A stretch of 32,000 nt of DNA from Pasteurella multocida (GCF_900187275.1 NZ_LT906458.1:1140001-1172000); one strand, 5' to 3'; positions 17,846-25,951 are shown, counted from the first letter of the stretch. Notes: generated by a model not told the origin, from the letters alone. Program-made: numbers and translations.

Positions 17846-19576
17846 TTAAGTCCCTATCGGTACAATATAATCCACTAATAACTGAAGATGACGATTGCCC
17901 CGAAACTCATTAATGTCTAATTTATATGCCAATTTTGCTAATTTTATCGACAAGTCAGGATAATAACGAGTATCGACGTTAAAGGCAATGGCGTCGAGCA
18001 ATGGTCCACCCTGTTTTGGTTCGACCATCATTTTAAGATGTTTTTCGCCAACTAAACGTTGCTGTAAAATTTTAAACTCGCCGTCAAATACGGGTTCTGG
18101 AAACGCTTGCCCCCAAGGTCCCGCCTCTTTCAAGCATTCCGCGGTTGTTAAACTTAATTGAACACTATCAAGCTCACCATCCGTCCACACAATACCTTGT
18201 CGCTGACCTTCATCAAGCCAATCACCAACAATTTGATTAAATGCCTGCTGAAAATCAGCAAAACGGCTTTCTTGAATGGTTAAGCCTGCCGCCATCGCAT
18301 GCCCACCAAACTTTAAAATCATGTCAGGATACAAACAATGAATGCGCTCTAACGCATCACGTAAATGTAATCCCTCAACGGAACGGGCTGAGCCTTTTAG
18401 AATACCGGCTTGCTCTTGCGCAAATGCAACCACAGGACGATGAAAATGATCTTTAATACGTGAAGCCACAATCCCTAACACCCCTTGGTGCCAGTCCGCT
18501 TGATACAGCGCAATGCCGAACGGAAGGGTTTGTTGAAGTGCGGTCAATTGACGGCAAATTTCTAATGCCTCAAGTTTCATGCCTTGCTCAATTTCTTTAC
18601 GCGTTTGATTCAAACCATCTAATTCAAGTGCCAATGCTCGCGCGCTTGCCATATCTTCAGCCAATAAAAGCTCAACACCGACTGACATATTATCTAAACG
18701 CCCTGCCGCATTTAAACGTGGTGCAAGAGAAAAACCTAAATCCGAAGTAGATAACTGACGCATATCTCGATTAGCCACTTCTGCTAACGCACGAATACCG
18801 CAACGACAACGTTCTGCGCGAATACGTGCTAAACCTTGATAGGCTAAAATACGATTATTTTGATCTAAGGGCACCACATCGGCAATAGTACCTAAGGCGA
18901 CGAGATCCAATAAGTCGGTGAAATTCGGTTGCGTTTGCTGATTAAATATCCCCAACTCACGAAATTTCGCGCGCAATGCTAACATTAAATAGAAAGTAAC
19001 TCCGACACCGGCTAAGGCTTTTGACGGAAAAGCACAGCTTGATAAATTAGGATTGACAATGGCATCCGCGTCGGGCAATTGTGTAGGTGGCAAATGATGA
19101 TCAGTAATTAAGACCTTGACCCCTTGCGCTTTTAAAAAACCCACCCCCTCGACTGAGGATACCCCGTTATCGACGGTCATTAATAGCTGTACATCTTTTT
19201 CTAAAGCTTGCTCTGCTACCGCGATGCTCAAACCATAACCTTGTTCAAAACGATTAGGAATTAAAAACGCCACTTGTGTAAAGCCTAATTGACGTAATGC
19301 GAGTACAGCTAAGGCGGTGCTAGTGGCACCATCTGCATCAAAATCGCCCACAATTACAATCTTTTCTTGTTGCTTATAGGCTTGTACGAAGAGAGTGACC
19401 GCCGCTTCAATTCCATCCAGTTGTTGCGGATGTAAAAGGGCAGCTAAAGTGCGGTCTAATTGTTGAGGATGTTGAATCTGCCGTGCACGATAGAGGCGAT
19501 CAAGTAAGGGATCAGAAGACACCGCCTCACCTAAAGGAACAGCACGACGTTGGATTAATTTATTCACTAAAGACAT
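17846..19576 (-). CDS. recJ: Single-stranded-DNA-specific 5'-3' exonuclease RecJ
   Basis: 576 aa. DHH family motifs VGDFDADGATS, TVDNG, LITDHHLP and DHHA1 FGGHAMAAG are present. Collinear with E. coli RecJ. Confidence 0.97.
   Translation of the reverse strand: MSLVNKLIQRRAVPLGEAVSSDPLLDRLYRARQIQHPQQLDRTLAALLHPQQLDGIEAAVTLFVQAYKQQEKIVIVGDFDADGATSTALAVLALRQLGFTQVAFLIPNRFEQGYGLSIAVAEQALEKDVQLLMTVDNGVSSVEGVGFLKAQGVKVLITDHHLPPTQLPDADAIVNPNLSSCAFPSKALAGVGVTFYLMLALRAKFRELGIFNQQTQPNFTDLLDLVALGTIADVVPLDQNNRILAYQGLARIRAERCRCGIRALAEVANRDMRQLSTSDLGFSLAPRLNAAGRLDNMSVGVELLLAEDMASARALALELDGLNQTRKEIEQGMKLEALEICRQLTALQQTLPFGIALYQADWHQGVLGIVASRIKDHFHRPVVAFAQEQAGILKGSARSVEGLHLRDALERIHCLYPDMILKFGGHAMAAGLTIQESRFADFQQAFNQIVGDWLDEGQRQGIVWTDGELDSVQLSLTTAECLKEAGPWGQAFPEPVFDGEFKILQQRLVGEKHLKMMVEPKQGGPLLDAIAFNVDTRYYPDLSIKLAKLAYKLDINEFRGNRHLQLLVDYIVPIGT
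18536..18544 (+). repeat. USS core AAGTGCGGT inside recJ (antisense)
   Basis: Exact 9-mer. Confidence 0.9.
19447..19455 (+). repeat. USS core AAGTGCGGT inside recJ (antisense)
   Basis: Exact 9-mer. Confidence 0.9.
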
Positions 19577-19590
19577 TCCTAAGACAAGAA

Positions 19591-19621
19591 TAAATGAGGA
19601 CGCAGAAAGCGTCCTTATTTA
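19591..19621 (-). terminator. 13-bp hairpin between dsbC and recJ (terminator or attenuator)
   Basis: taaatgaggacgc (19591-19603), loop agaaa, gcgtccttattta (19609-19621), with one G-U pair. On the minus strand it is followed by ttcttgtc (moderately T-rich). Confidence 0.55.
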
Positions 19622-19629
19622 ATAGCCGA

Positions 19630-20313
19630 TTACTGGGCTAACTCCGACAATAAATCAGCGGGTTTTAAATACCCTCCAATCAATTCGCCTTTCTCGGTCA
19701 CAATACTTGGGGTACCATTCACACCAAATTGTAAGCCTAACTGGTAATGTTTTTTGGTGATATTAGCGTCTTTCAACGTTTTTGGTGGATTACCATTAAT
19801 CGCTTCAGTTAATGCAAACTGAGGATCTTGTGCAGTAAAGATCGCTTCCATTTCACGTGCTGTTTTCGATTGCACGCCACCACGCGGGAAAGCAAGGTAA
19901 CGTACTGTAATGCCGAGATCATTATATTCTTTAATTTGTTTATGTAACACTTTGCAGTAATGGCACGAAGTATCCATGAACACGGTAATCACATGTTTTT
20001 CATCTTTTGCGGGATAAACGACCATTTCATTTTTATAAGCCGTTAATTTATCTAGTAATAAGCTTGATGACACATCGCGTAATCCTTTCTCTGACAGTGC
20101 ATATAACTTACCATCAAGAATATATTTCGCGTCCTCTGTGATGTAAAAAATACCATTGTCCGTCACTGCGGTTTTGATGCCTTTCACAGGCGAATCGCTC
20201 ACTTCTACACCAGATAAGCCCATTTTTTGCAACTGTTCTACCACTTGCTGTGAATTGGCAAACGTCAAACTCGACATCCCCAACATCAAAAGTGTGCTCA
20301 AGATCTTTTTCAT
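19630..20313 (-). CDS. dsbC: Thiol:disulfide interchange protein DsbC (disulfide isomerase)
   Basis: The ORF track starts at TTG 20376. I use ATG 20313 (MKKILSTLLMLGMSSLTFA/NS signal peptide), giving 227 aa. It has an N-terminal dimerisation domain, the active site CHYC (DTSCHYCKVLH) and GTPSIV (cis-Pro loop). Confidence 0.93.
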   Translation of the reverse strand: MKKILSTLLMLGMSSLTFANSQQVVEQLQKMGLSGVEVSDSPVKGIKTAVTDNGIFYITEDAKYILDGKLYALSEKGLRDVSSSLLLDKLTAYKNEMVVYPAKDEKHVITVFMDTSCHYCKVLHKQIKEYNDLGITVRYLAFPRGGVQSKTAREMEAIFTAQDPQFALTEAINGNPPKTLKDANITKKHYQLGLQFGVNGTPSIVTEKGELIGGYLKPADLLSELAQ

Positions 20314-20477
20314 TTTGGTCCCATTGTTAACAATAAAAATACAAATAGCGAATTGAGCAATTATAAAGAGATCCAATATTTGTGCAAGTAGCGCCTAAAA
20401 AATTGCCTACCATAAGCCACTAAAATAGCTTATAATTGCTATTTGTTTTCTCTTTAAAATCTGAACGTATTTGAATT

Positions 20478-21576
20478 ATGTTTGAAATCAATCCTATCAG
20501 AAATAAAATCTCAGACCTCACCGAACGCACGCAAGTGTTGAGGGGGTATCTTTGACTTCGATGCGAAAGTTGAACGTTTAGAAGAAGTCAATGCCGAACT
20601 CGAACAACCTGATGTGTGGAACGAACCAGAAAAAGCACAAGCATTAGGTAAAGAACGGGTTGCCTTAGAAGGGGTCGTCAATACAATCCATACACTTGAT
20701 CAAGGCTTAGAAGATGTCGAAGGGCTACTCGAACTGGCAATTGAAGCCGAAGATGAAGCGACTTTCCATGAAGCCGTCGCAGAGCTCGAAGAATTAGAAC
20801 AACAGTTGGCAAAATTAGAATTTCGCCGTATGTTTAGTGGTCAACATGATGCAGCAGACTGCTATGTTGACTTACAAGCGGGCTCTGGTGGTACCGAAGC
20901 ACAAGATTGGACTGAAATGTTACTGCGTATGTATTTACGCTGGGCTGAAAGTAAAGGCTTTAAAACCGAATTAATGGAAGTGTCCGATGGGGATGTTGCC
21001 GGAATTAAATCCGCCACAATTAAAGTTTCTGGTGAATATGCTTTTGGTTGGCTACGCACAGAAACCGGCATTCACCGTTTAGTACGCAAAAGTCCATTTG
21101 ACTCCAACAATCGTCGTCATACCTCATTTAGTGCGGCATTCGTTTATCCTGAAATTGATGACGATATTGATATCGACATTAATCCTGCAGATCTGCGTAT
21201 TGATGTTTATCGTGCTTCAGGTGCCGGTGGTCAGCACGTCAATAAAACCGAAAGTGCGGTGCGTATTACCCATATTCCAAGTGGCATTGTGGTGCAATGC
21301 CAAAATGATCGCTCTCAACATAAAAACAAAGATCAATGTATGAAACAGTTGAAAGCGAAACTGTATGAAATGGAATTGCAAAAGAAGAATGCCGATAAAC
21401 AAGCCATGGAAGACAACAAATCCGATATTGGTTGGGGCAGTCAAATCCGTTCCTATGTGTTAGACGATTCACGCATTAAAGATTTACGCACGGGTGTGGA
21501 AAATCGCAATACTCAAGCAGTGCTCGATGGCGACTTAGATCGCTTTATTGAGGCCAGTTTAAAAGCCGGATTATAA
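20478..21576 (+). CDS. prfB: Peptide chain release factor 2, expressed through a programmed +1 frameshift at 20550-20556
   Basis: Frame 0 reads ATG 20478 [25 protein letters not shown] and stops at TGA 20553. Frame +1 from GAC 20554 reads [29 protein letters not shown]... and joins the 320-aa ORF-track fragment (20554 to 20614 is 60 nt, in frame). The total is 365 aa, as in E. coli RF2. SPF (RKSPFDS) and GGQ ([19 protein letters not shown]) are present. Confidence 0.96.
20541..20556 (+). promoter_or_regulatory. RF2 frameshift cassette: internal SD AGGGGG, slippery CTT, in-frame TGA followed by C
   Basis: agggggtatctttgac is identical to the E. coli prfB frameshift site AGG GGG UAU CUU UGA C. 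Confidence 0.95.
21252..21260 (+). repeat. USS core AAGTGCGGT inside prfB, encoding the conserved ESAVR segment
   Basis: Exact 9-mer in gaa agt gcg gtg cgt. Confidence 0.9.
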
Positions 21577-21583
21577 ATCCTCT

Positions 21584-21596
21584 GGGGGCTTCCCCC
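21584..21596 (+). other. Small G5/C5 hairpin in the prfB-lysS intercistronic spacer
   Basis: ggggg (21584-21588), ctt, ccccc (21592-21596). There is no U tract, so it is probably not a terminator. Confidence 0.4.
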
Positions 21597-21627
21597 GACT
21601 AAAAATACTAAAAATTAGGTAACCAAA

Positions 21628-23133
21628 ATGTCAGAACAAACTCAAGAACTTGATCTTAATGGCGAGATGTTAGTCCGCCGTGAAAAATTAGCCGCGTTGC
21701 GCGCTAAAGGTAACCCATTTCCAAATACATTTCGTCGTGATGCGCTTGCACAAGATTTACACGCAAACTACGATGCACTTGAAGGCGAAGCATTAAAAGC
21801 ACAAGAAGTCGAAGTAAAAGTCGCTGGACGTATTATGACGCGTCGTGCAATGGGTAAGGCGACTTTTATCACCTTGCAAGATATGTCTGGTCGTATTCAA
21901 CTCTATATCGCACGTGATAATTTGCCAGAAGGTGTTTATGCTGACGATGTGGGACAGTGGGATTTAGGCGATATCATTGGCGTAAAAGGCACCTTATTTA
22001 AAACCAAAACCAATGAATTAACCGTACGTTGTACTGAAGTGCAGTTATTAACCAAAGCATTACGCCCATTACCAGATAAATTCCATGGTCTAAGCGATCA
22101 AGAAACACGCTATCGTCAACGTTATTTAGATTTAATTGCAAACGAAGACTCACGTCGTACTTTCATTATTCGTTCTAAAGTGATTGCGGGTATTCGTGAA
22201 TATTTTCTGTCAAAAGGCTTTATGGAAGTAGAAACCCCGATGTTACAAATTATTCCGGGTGGGGCTTCTGCACGTCCATTTGTAACACATCATAATGCAT
22301 TAGATGTGGATATGTATTTACGTATTGCGCCTGAGCTTTATTTAAAACGCTTAGTGGTTGGTGGCTTTGAACGTGTCTTTGAATTAAACCGCAACTTCCG
22401 TAACGAAGGGGTGTCTGTTCGCCATAACCCAGAATTTACCATGCTCGAATACTACCAAGCCTATGCGGATTACCATGATTTAATGGATAATACTGAAGAA
22501 TTGTTACGTAAACTGGCAATGGACATTTTAGGCACGACGATTGTCCCTTATGGTGAGCTTGAATTTGATTTTGGCAAACCATTTGAACGTATCACGATGC
22601 ATGATGCCATTTTGAAATACGGCGCAGAAAAAGGTATCGTCAAAGAGGATTTATATGACTTTGATCGTGCTGTTGCCGTTGCGAAAAAATTAGGTATTGA
22701 AGTACAAAAATCGTGGGGTTTAGGCAGTCTAGTCAATGTAATTTTTGAAGAGGTGGCGGAGCATCACTTAATTCAGCCAACGTTCTTAATGGCACACCCT
22801 GCCGAAATTTCGCCATTAGCGCGTCGTAATGATGAAAATCCAGAGGTCACTGACCGTTTTGAATTATTCATCGGTGGACGTGAAATTGGTAACGGTTTCT
22901 CTGAGTTAAACGATGCCGAAGATCAAAACGAACGCTTTGACGCACAAGTTGCGGCGAAAGAAGCAGGGGATGATGAAGCGATGTTTAAAGACGAAGATTT
23001 CGTGACCGCTCTTGAACATGGCTTACCACCAACAGCAGGCGAAGGGTTAGGTATCGACCGCTTAGCGATGCTATTCGCGAATGCGGCCTCCATTCGAGAT
23101 GTGATACTCTTCCCAGCAATGAAGCAGAAATAA
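21628..23133 (+). CDS. lysS: Lysine--tRNA ligase (class II)
   Basis: 501 aa. [20 protein letters not shown] (motif 2), [11 protein letters not shown] (motif 3) and an OB anticodon-binding N-domain are present. Collinear with E. coli LysS and downstream of prfB, as in E. coli. Confidence 0.97.
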   Translation: MSEQTQELDLNGEMLVRREKLAALRAKGNPFPNTFRRDALAQDLHANYDALEGEALKAQEVEVKVAGRIMTRRAMGKATFITLQDMSGRIQLYIARDNLPEGVYADDVGQWDLGDIIGVKGTLFKTKTNELTVRCTEVQLLTKALRPLPDKFHGLSDQETRYRQRYLDLIANEDSRRTFIIRSKVIAGIREYFLSKGFMEVETPMLQIIPGGASARPFVTHHNALDVDMYLRIAPELYLKRLVVGGFERVFELNRNFRNEGVSVRHNPEFTMLEYYQAYADYHDLMDNTEELLRKLAMDILGTTIVPYGELEFDFGKPFERITMHDAILKYGAEKGIVKEDLYDFDRAVAVAKKLGIEVQKSWGLGSLVNVIFEEVAEHHLIQPTFLMAHPAEISPLARRNDENPEVTDRFELFIGGREIGNGFSELNDAEDQNERFDAQVAAKEAGDDEAMFKDEDFVTALEHGLPPTAGEGLGIDRLAMLFANAASIRDVILFPAMKQK

Positions 23134-23140
23134 TTCTCTC

Positions 23141-23165
23141 TATCCCCAGCATCCTGCTGGGGATA
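23141..23165 (+). terminator. 11-bp GC-rich hairpin after lysS without a U tract (partial terminator or RNA-stability element)
   Basis: tatccccagca (23141-23151), loop tcc, tgctggggata (23155-23165), followed by acctctctcacagg. Confidence 0.4.
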
Positions 23166-23188
23166 ACCTCTCTCACAGGATCTTTAAT

Positions 23189-24427
23189 ATGAAAAATCGT
23201 CGACTCAATTTCAAACTGTTTTTCCTCATCATTTTTTCATTATTCAGCACACTGAGTTGGTCAAAAACAATCACGCTGTATTTAGATCCTGCCTCCTTAC
23301 CGGCATTAAATCAGCTGATGGACTTTACGCAAAATAATGAAGATAAAACACATCCACGTATTTTTGGTCTTTCTCGCTTTAAAATCCCTGACAACATTAT
23401 TACACAGTATCAAAATATCCATTTCGTCGAACTCAAAGATAATCGTCCTACTGAAGCACTTTTTACGATTTTAGATCAATACCCTGGTAACATTGAGTTA
23501 GATATACACTTAAATATTGCTCATTCCGTTCAATTAATTCGTCCGATTTTGGCATATCGTTTTAAACATTTAGATCGTGTATCAATTCAGCGATTAAATC
23601 TTTATGACGATGGCTCAATGGAATATGTTGATTTAGAAAAAGAAGAAAATAAAGATATTTCCGCAGAAATTAAGCAAGCAGAAAAACAACTTTCTCACTA
23701 TTTGCTTACCGGTAAAATAAAATTTGATAACCCAACTATTGCTCGTTATGTCTGGCAATCTGCGTTCCCAGTAAAATATCATTTTTTAAGTACAGACTAT
23801 TTTGAAAAAGCCGAATTTTTACAACCACTAAAAGAATATTTAGCGGAAAATTATCAAAAAATGGACTGGACCGCTTACCAACAGCTGACTCCAGAACAGC
23901 AAGCATTCTACTTAACATTGGTAGGCTTCAATGACGAAGTCAAGCAGTCGTTAGAAGTGCAACAAGCCAAATTTATCTTTACCGGCACGACAACTTGGGA
24001 AGGAAATACCGATGTGCGAGAATACTACGCACAGCAACAACTTAATTTACTTAATCACTTTACCCAAGCTGAGGGCGATTTATTTATTGGTGATCATTAT
24101 AAAATCTACTTTAAAGGGCATCCTAGAGGTGGTGAAATTAATGACTACATTCTGAACAATGCTAAAAATATCACCAATATCCCTGCCAATATTTCCTTTG
24201 AAGTATTGATGATGACAGGCTTATTACCTGATAAAGTGGGTGGTGTTGCAAGTTCACTGTATTTCTCCTTACCAAAAGAAAAAATTAGCCATATTATTTT
24301 CACATCGAATAAACAAGTGAAAAGCAAAGAAGATGCGCTAAATAATCCGTATGTTAAGGTCATGCGTCGTTTAGGTATAATTGACGAATCACAAGTCATC
24401 TTTTGGGACAGTTTAAAACAGTTGTAA
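23189..24427 (+). CDS. GT80-family multifunctional alpha-2,3-sialyltransferase (PmST1 / PM0188-type) for lipooligosaccharide sialylation
   Basis: 412 aa. After the N-terminal signal/anchor MKNRRLNFKLFFLIIFSLFSTLSWS, the sequence KTITLYLDPASLPALNQLMDFTQNNEDKTHPRIFGLSRF... matches my recollection of the crystallised truncated PmST1. The residues reported as catalytic are in place (Asp141 in LYDDGS, His311 in KGHPRGG). The SD aggat lies 6 nt before the ATG. Confidence 0.9.
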   Translation: MKNRRLNFKLFFLIIFSLFSTLSWSKTITLYLDPASLPALNQLMDFTQNNEDKTHPRIFGLSRFKIPDNIITQYQNIHFVELKDNRPTEALFTILDQYPGNIELDIHLNIAHSVQLIRPILAYRFKHLDRVSIQRLNLYDDGSMEYVDLEKEENKDISAEIKQAEKQLSHYLLTGKIKFDNPTIARYVWQSAFPVKYHFLSTDYFEKAEFLQPLKEYLAENYQKMDWTAYQQLTPEQQAFYLTLVGFNDEVKQSLEVQQAKFIFTGTTTWEGNTDVREYYAQQQLNLLNHFTQAEGDLFIGDHYKIYFKGHPRGGEINDYILNNAKNITNIPANISFEVLMMTGLLPDKVGGVASSLYFSLPKEKISHIIFTSNKQVKSKEDALNNPYVKVMRRLGIIDESQVIFWDSLKQL

Positions 24428-24446
24428 TCCAAGATAGGAGCTTATT

Positions 24447-25118
24447 ATGACAAATATTGCGATCATTCCTGCACGAGCCGGCTCAAAAGGGATTCCAGAT
24501 AAAAACCTGCAGCCCGTGGGTGGGCATTCTCTGATTGGACGTGCTATTTTAGCGGCAAAAAATGCTGACGTTTTCGATATGATTGTCGTAACCTCTGATG
24601 GTGATAATATCTTACGTGAAGCAGAAAAATATGGGGCATTAGCGCTGAAAAGACCCGCTGAGTTGGCCCAAGACAATTCAAGAACCATTGATGCTATTTT
24701 ACATGCACTAGAGAGCTTAAATATTCGCGAAGGCACTTGTACCCTATTACAACCGACTAGCCCATTACGTGATCATTTAGATATCAAAAATGCGATGGAT
24801 ATGTATGCCAATGGCGGAGTACACTCTGTGGTGTCGGCGTGCGAGTGTGAACATCATCCCTATAAAGCTTTTGCGTTAAGCAAAGATCATGAAGTTTTGC
24901 CTGTACGTGAAATTGCTGATTTTGAAGCCGCACGCCAAACTTTACCGAAAATGTATCGTGCAAATGGTGCCATTTATATTAATGACATTGCACAATTGCT
25001 AAAAGAAAAATATTTCTTCATTCCGCCTCTCAAATTCTACTTAATGCCAACTTATCGTTCTGTGGATATTGATGTGAAGCAGGATTTAGAACTCGCGGAA
25101 ATTTTATCCAATAAATGA
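24447..25118 (+). CDS. neuA: N-acylneuraminate cytidylyltransferase (CMP-Neu5Ac synthetase), short form
   Basis: 223 aa. [50 protein letters not shown] and [14 protein letters not shown] parallel Neisseria meningitidis and Haemophilus CMP-sialic acid synthetases. The SD aggag is present, and the gene starts 19 nt after the sialyltransferase stop. Confidence 0.93.
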   Translation: MTNIAIIPARAGSKGIPDKNLQPVGGHSLIGRAILAAKNADVFDMIVVTSDGDNILREAEKYGALALKRPAELAQDNSRTIDAILHALESLNIREGTCTLLQPTSPLRDHLDIKNAMDMYANGGVHSVVSACECEHHPYKAFALSKDHEVLPVREIADFEAARQTLPKMYRANGAIYINDIAQLLKEKYFFIPPLKFYLMPTYRSVDIDVKQDLELAEILSNK

Positions 25119-25126
25119 CCGCACTT
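25118..25126 (-). repeat. USS core (ACCGCACTT on the plus strand) overlapping the last base of the neuA stop codon
   Basis: Exact 9-mer; position 25118 is the A of TGA. Confidence 0.9.
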
Positions 25127-25133
25127 TTGTCGT

Positions 25134-25198
25134 CAGTAGGTCTTGGTTAAGCCAGTTAGCAGTAAAACGACGTTTAAACAAGCCTACTGTTTCTTTTC
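25134..25198 (+). terminator. Long bulged hairpin plus T-rich tract downstream of neuA
   Basis: cagtagg-t-cttg (25134-25145) pairs with caagcctactg (25179-25189): 11 bp with a 1-nt bulge and a 33-nt loop. It is followed by tttcttttc (25190-25198). Confidence 0.55.
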
Positions 25199-25200
25199 AT

Positions 25201-25257
25201 AGTGGTTCGTAACCCTCCCACTTGAACAACCAACAATTGTTCGAAACAAAACTAGGA
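25201..25257 (+). promoter_or_regulatory. Candidate preQ1-I-like riboswitch aptamer in the queC leader (atypical, with an inserted hairpin)
   Basis: P1 is AGUGG (25201-25205) / CCACU (25218-25222), closing the 12-nt loop UUCGUAACCCUC. A local hairpin GAACAA-ccaacaa-UUGUUC follows (25224-25242). The A-rich tail ACAAAACUAGGA (25246-25257) contains the queC SD. The resemblance to B. subtilis AGAGG-UUCUAGCUACAC-CCUCU-AUAAAAAACUAA is recalled from the literature; no covariance-model search was run. Confidence 0.4.
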
Positions 25258-25264
25258 AAATAGT

Positions 25265-25951
25265 ATGCAGTTAACCAACCCAAACCGCGATCGTAAAGCG
25301 GTCGTTATCTTTTCGGGTGGACAAGATTCCACCACTTGTCTCTTTCAAGCAATACAAGATTATGGCATAGAAAATGTGGAAGTTGTAACGTTCCAATACG
25401 GTCAACGCCACGCGATTGAATTAGAGAAAGCTAAATGGATTGCCCAAGATCTTGGCGTCAAACAAACGTTAATTGACACTTCCGTCATTAAAGCGATTAC
25501 GCAAAATGCCTTAATGGACGAACAGGCAAGAATTGAGCAACATGGCAGTACACCGAATACTTTCGTTGACGGTCGCAATGCCCTGTTTTTACTTTATACC
25601 GCCATCTATGCCAAAGGTCAGGATATTCAAGACATTATCACAGGCGTCTGTGAAACGGATTTTAGTGGCTATCCAGATTGTCGTGATGTGTTTATTAAAT
25701 CCATGAATGTCACGCTTAATCTGGCAATGGATTACCAATTCCATCTTAAAACCCCTTTAATGTATCTCACAAAAGCACAAACTTGGCAATTAGCGGACGA
25801 ACTCGGTGTGTTAGATTATATTCGTCAACATACCCATACTTGTTATATGGGAGTGGAACAAGGTTGCGGTGAATGCCCGAGTTGTGTATTACGCGAGAAA
25901 GGATTGCGTGAATATTTATCTAGTAAAAGTGAGGGGGAAATTGATGTTTAA
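25265..25951 (+). CDS. queC: 7-cyano-7-deazaguanine (preQ0) synthase
   Basis: 228 aa. PP-loop [28 protein letters not shown] and a C-terminal Zn-binding Cys cluster [18 protein letters not shown] are present. Collinear with E. coli QueC. Confidence 0.96.
   Translation: MQLTNPNRDRKAVVIFSGGQDSTTCLFQAIQDYGIENVEVVTFQYGQRHAIELEKAKWIAQDLGVKQTLIDTSVIKAITQNALMDEQARIEQHGSTPNTFVDGRNALFLLYTAIYAKGQDIQDIITGVCETDFSGYPDCRDVFIKSMNVTLNLAMDYQFHLKTPLMYLTKAQTWQLADELGVLDYIRQHTHTCYMGVEQGCGECPSCVLREKGLREYLSSKSEGEIDV

Noticed and set aside
20614-20616. GTG at 20614 as the prfB start (as implied by the ORF track)
   Set aside because: It would delete about 45 conserved N-terminal residues. The true N-terminus is recovered through the canonical +1 frameshift from ATG 20478.
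23189-23300. Possible phase-variable simple-sequence repeat in the sialyltransferase 5' end, by analogy with tetranucleotide repeats in some Haemophilus LOS genes
   Set aside because: Only T5 and T6 runs are present, with no tetranucleotide or long homopolymer repeat. That is too short to support slipped-strand switching.
24413-24736. 107-aa minus-strand ORF overlapping the sialyltransferase 3' end and the neuA 5' end
   Set aside because: It is antisense to two well-supported genes and has no RBS or recognisable domain.
23189-25118. Claiming the sialyltransferase-neuA pair as a clear horizontally transferred island on compositional grounds
   Set aside because: Hand counts show only a modest G+C drop in the transferase (34 versus 38 per 100 nt sampled), and neuA looks ordinary. 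There are no flanking direct repeats, tRNA or integrase. It is kept as a context observation only.
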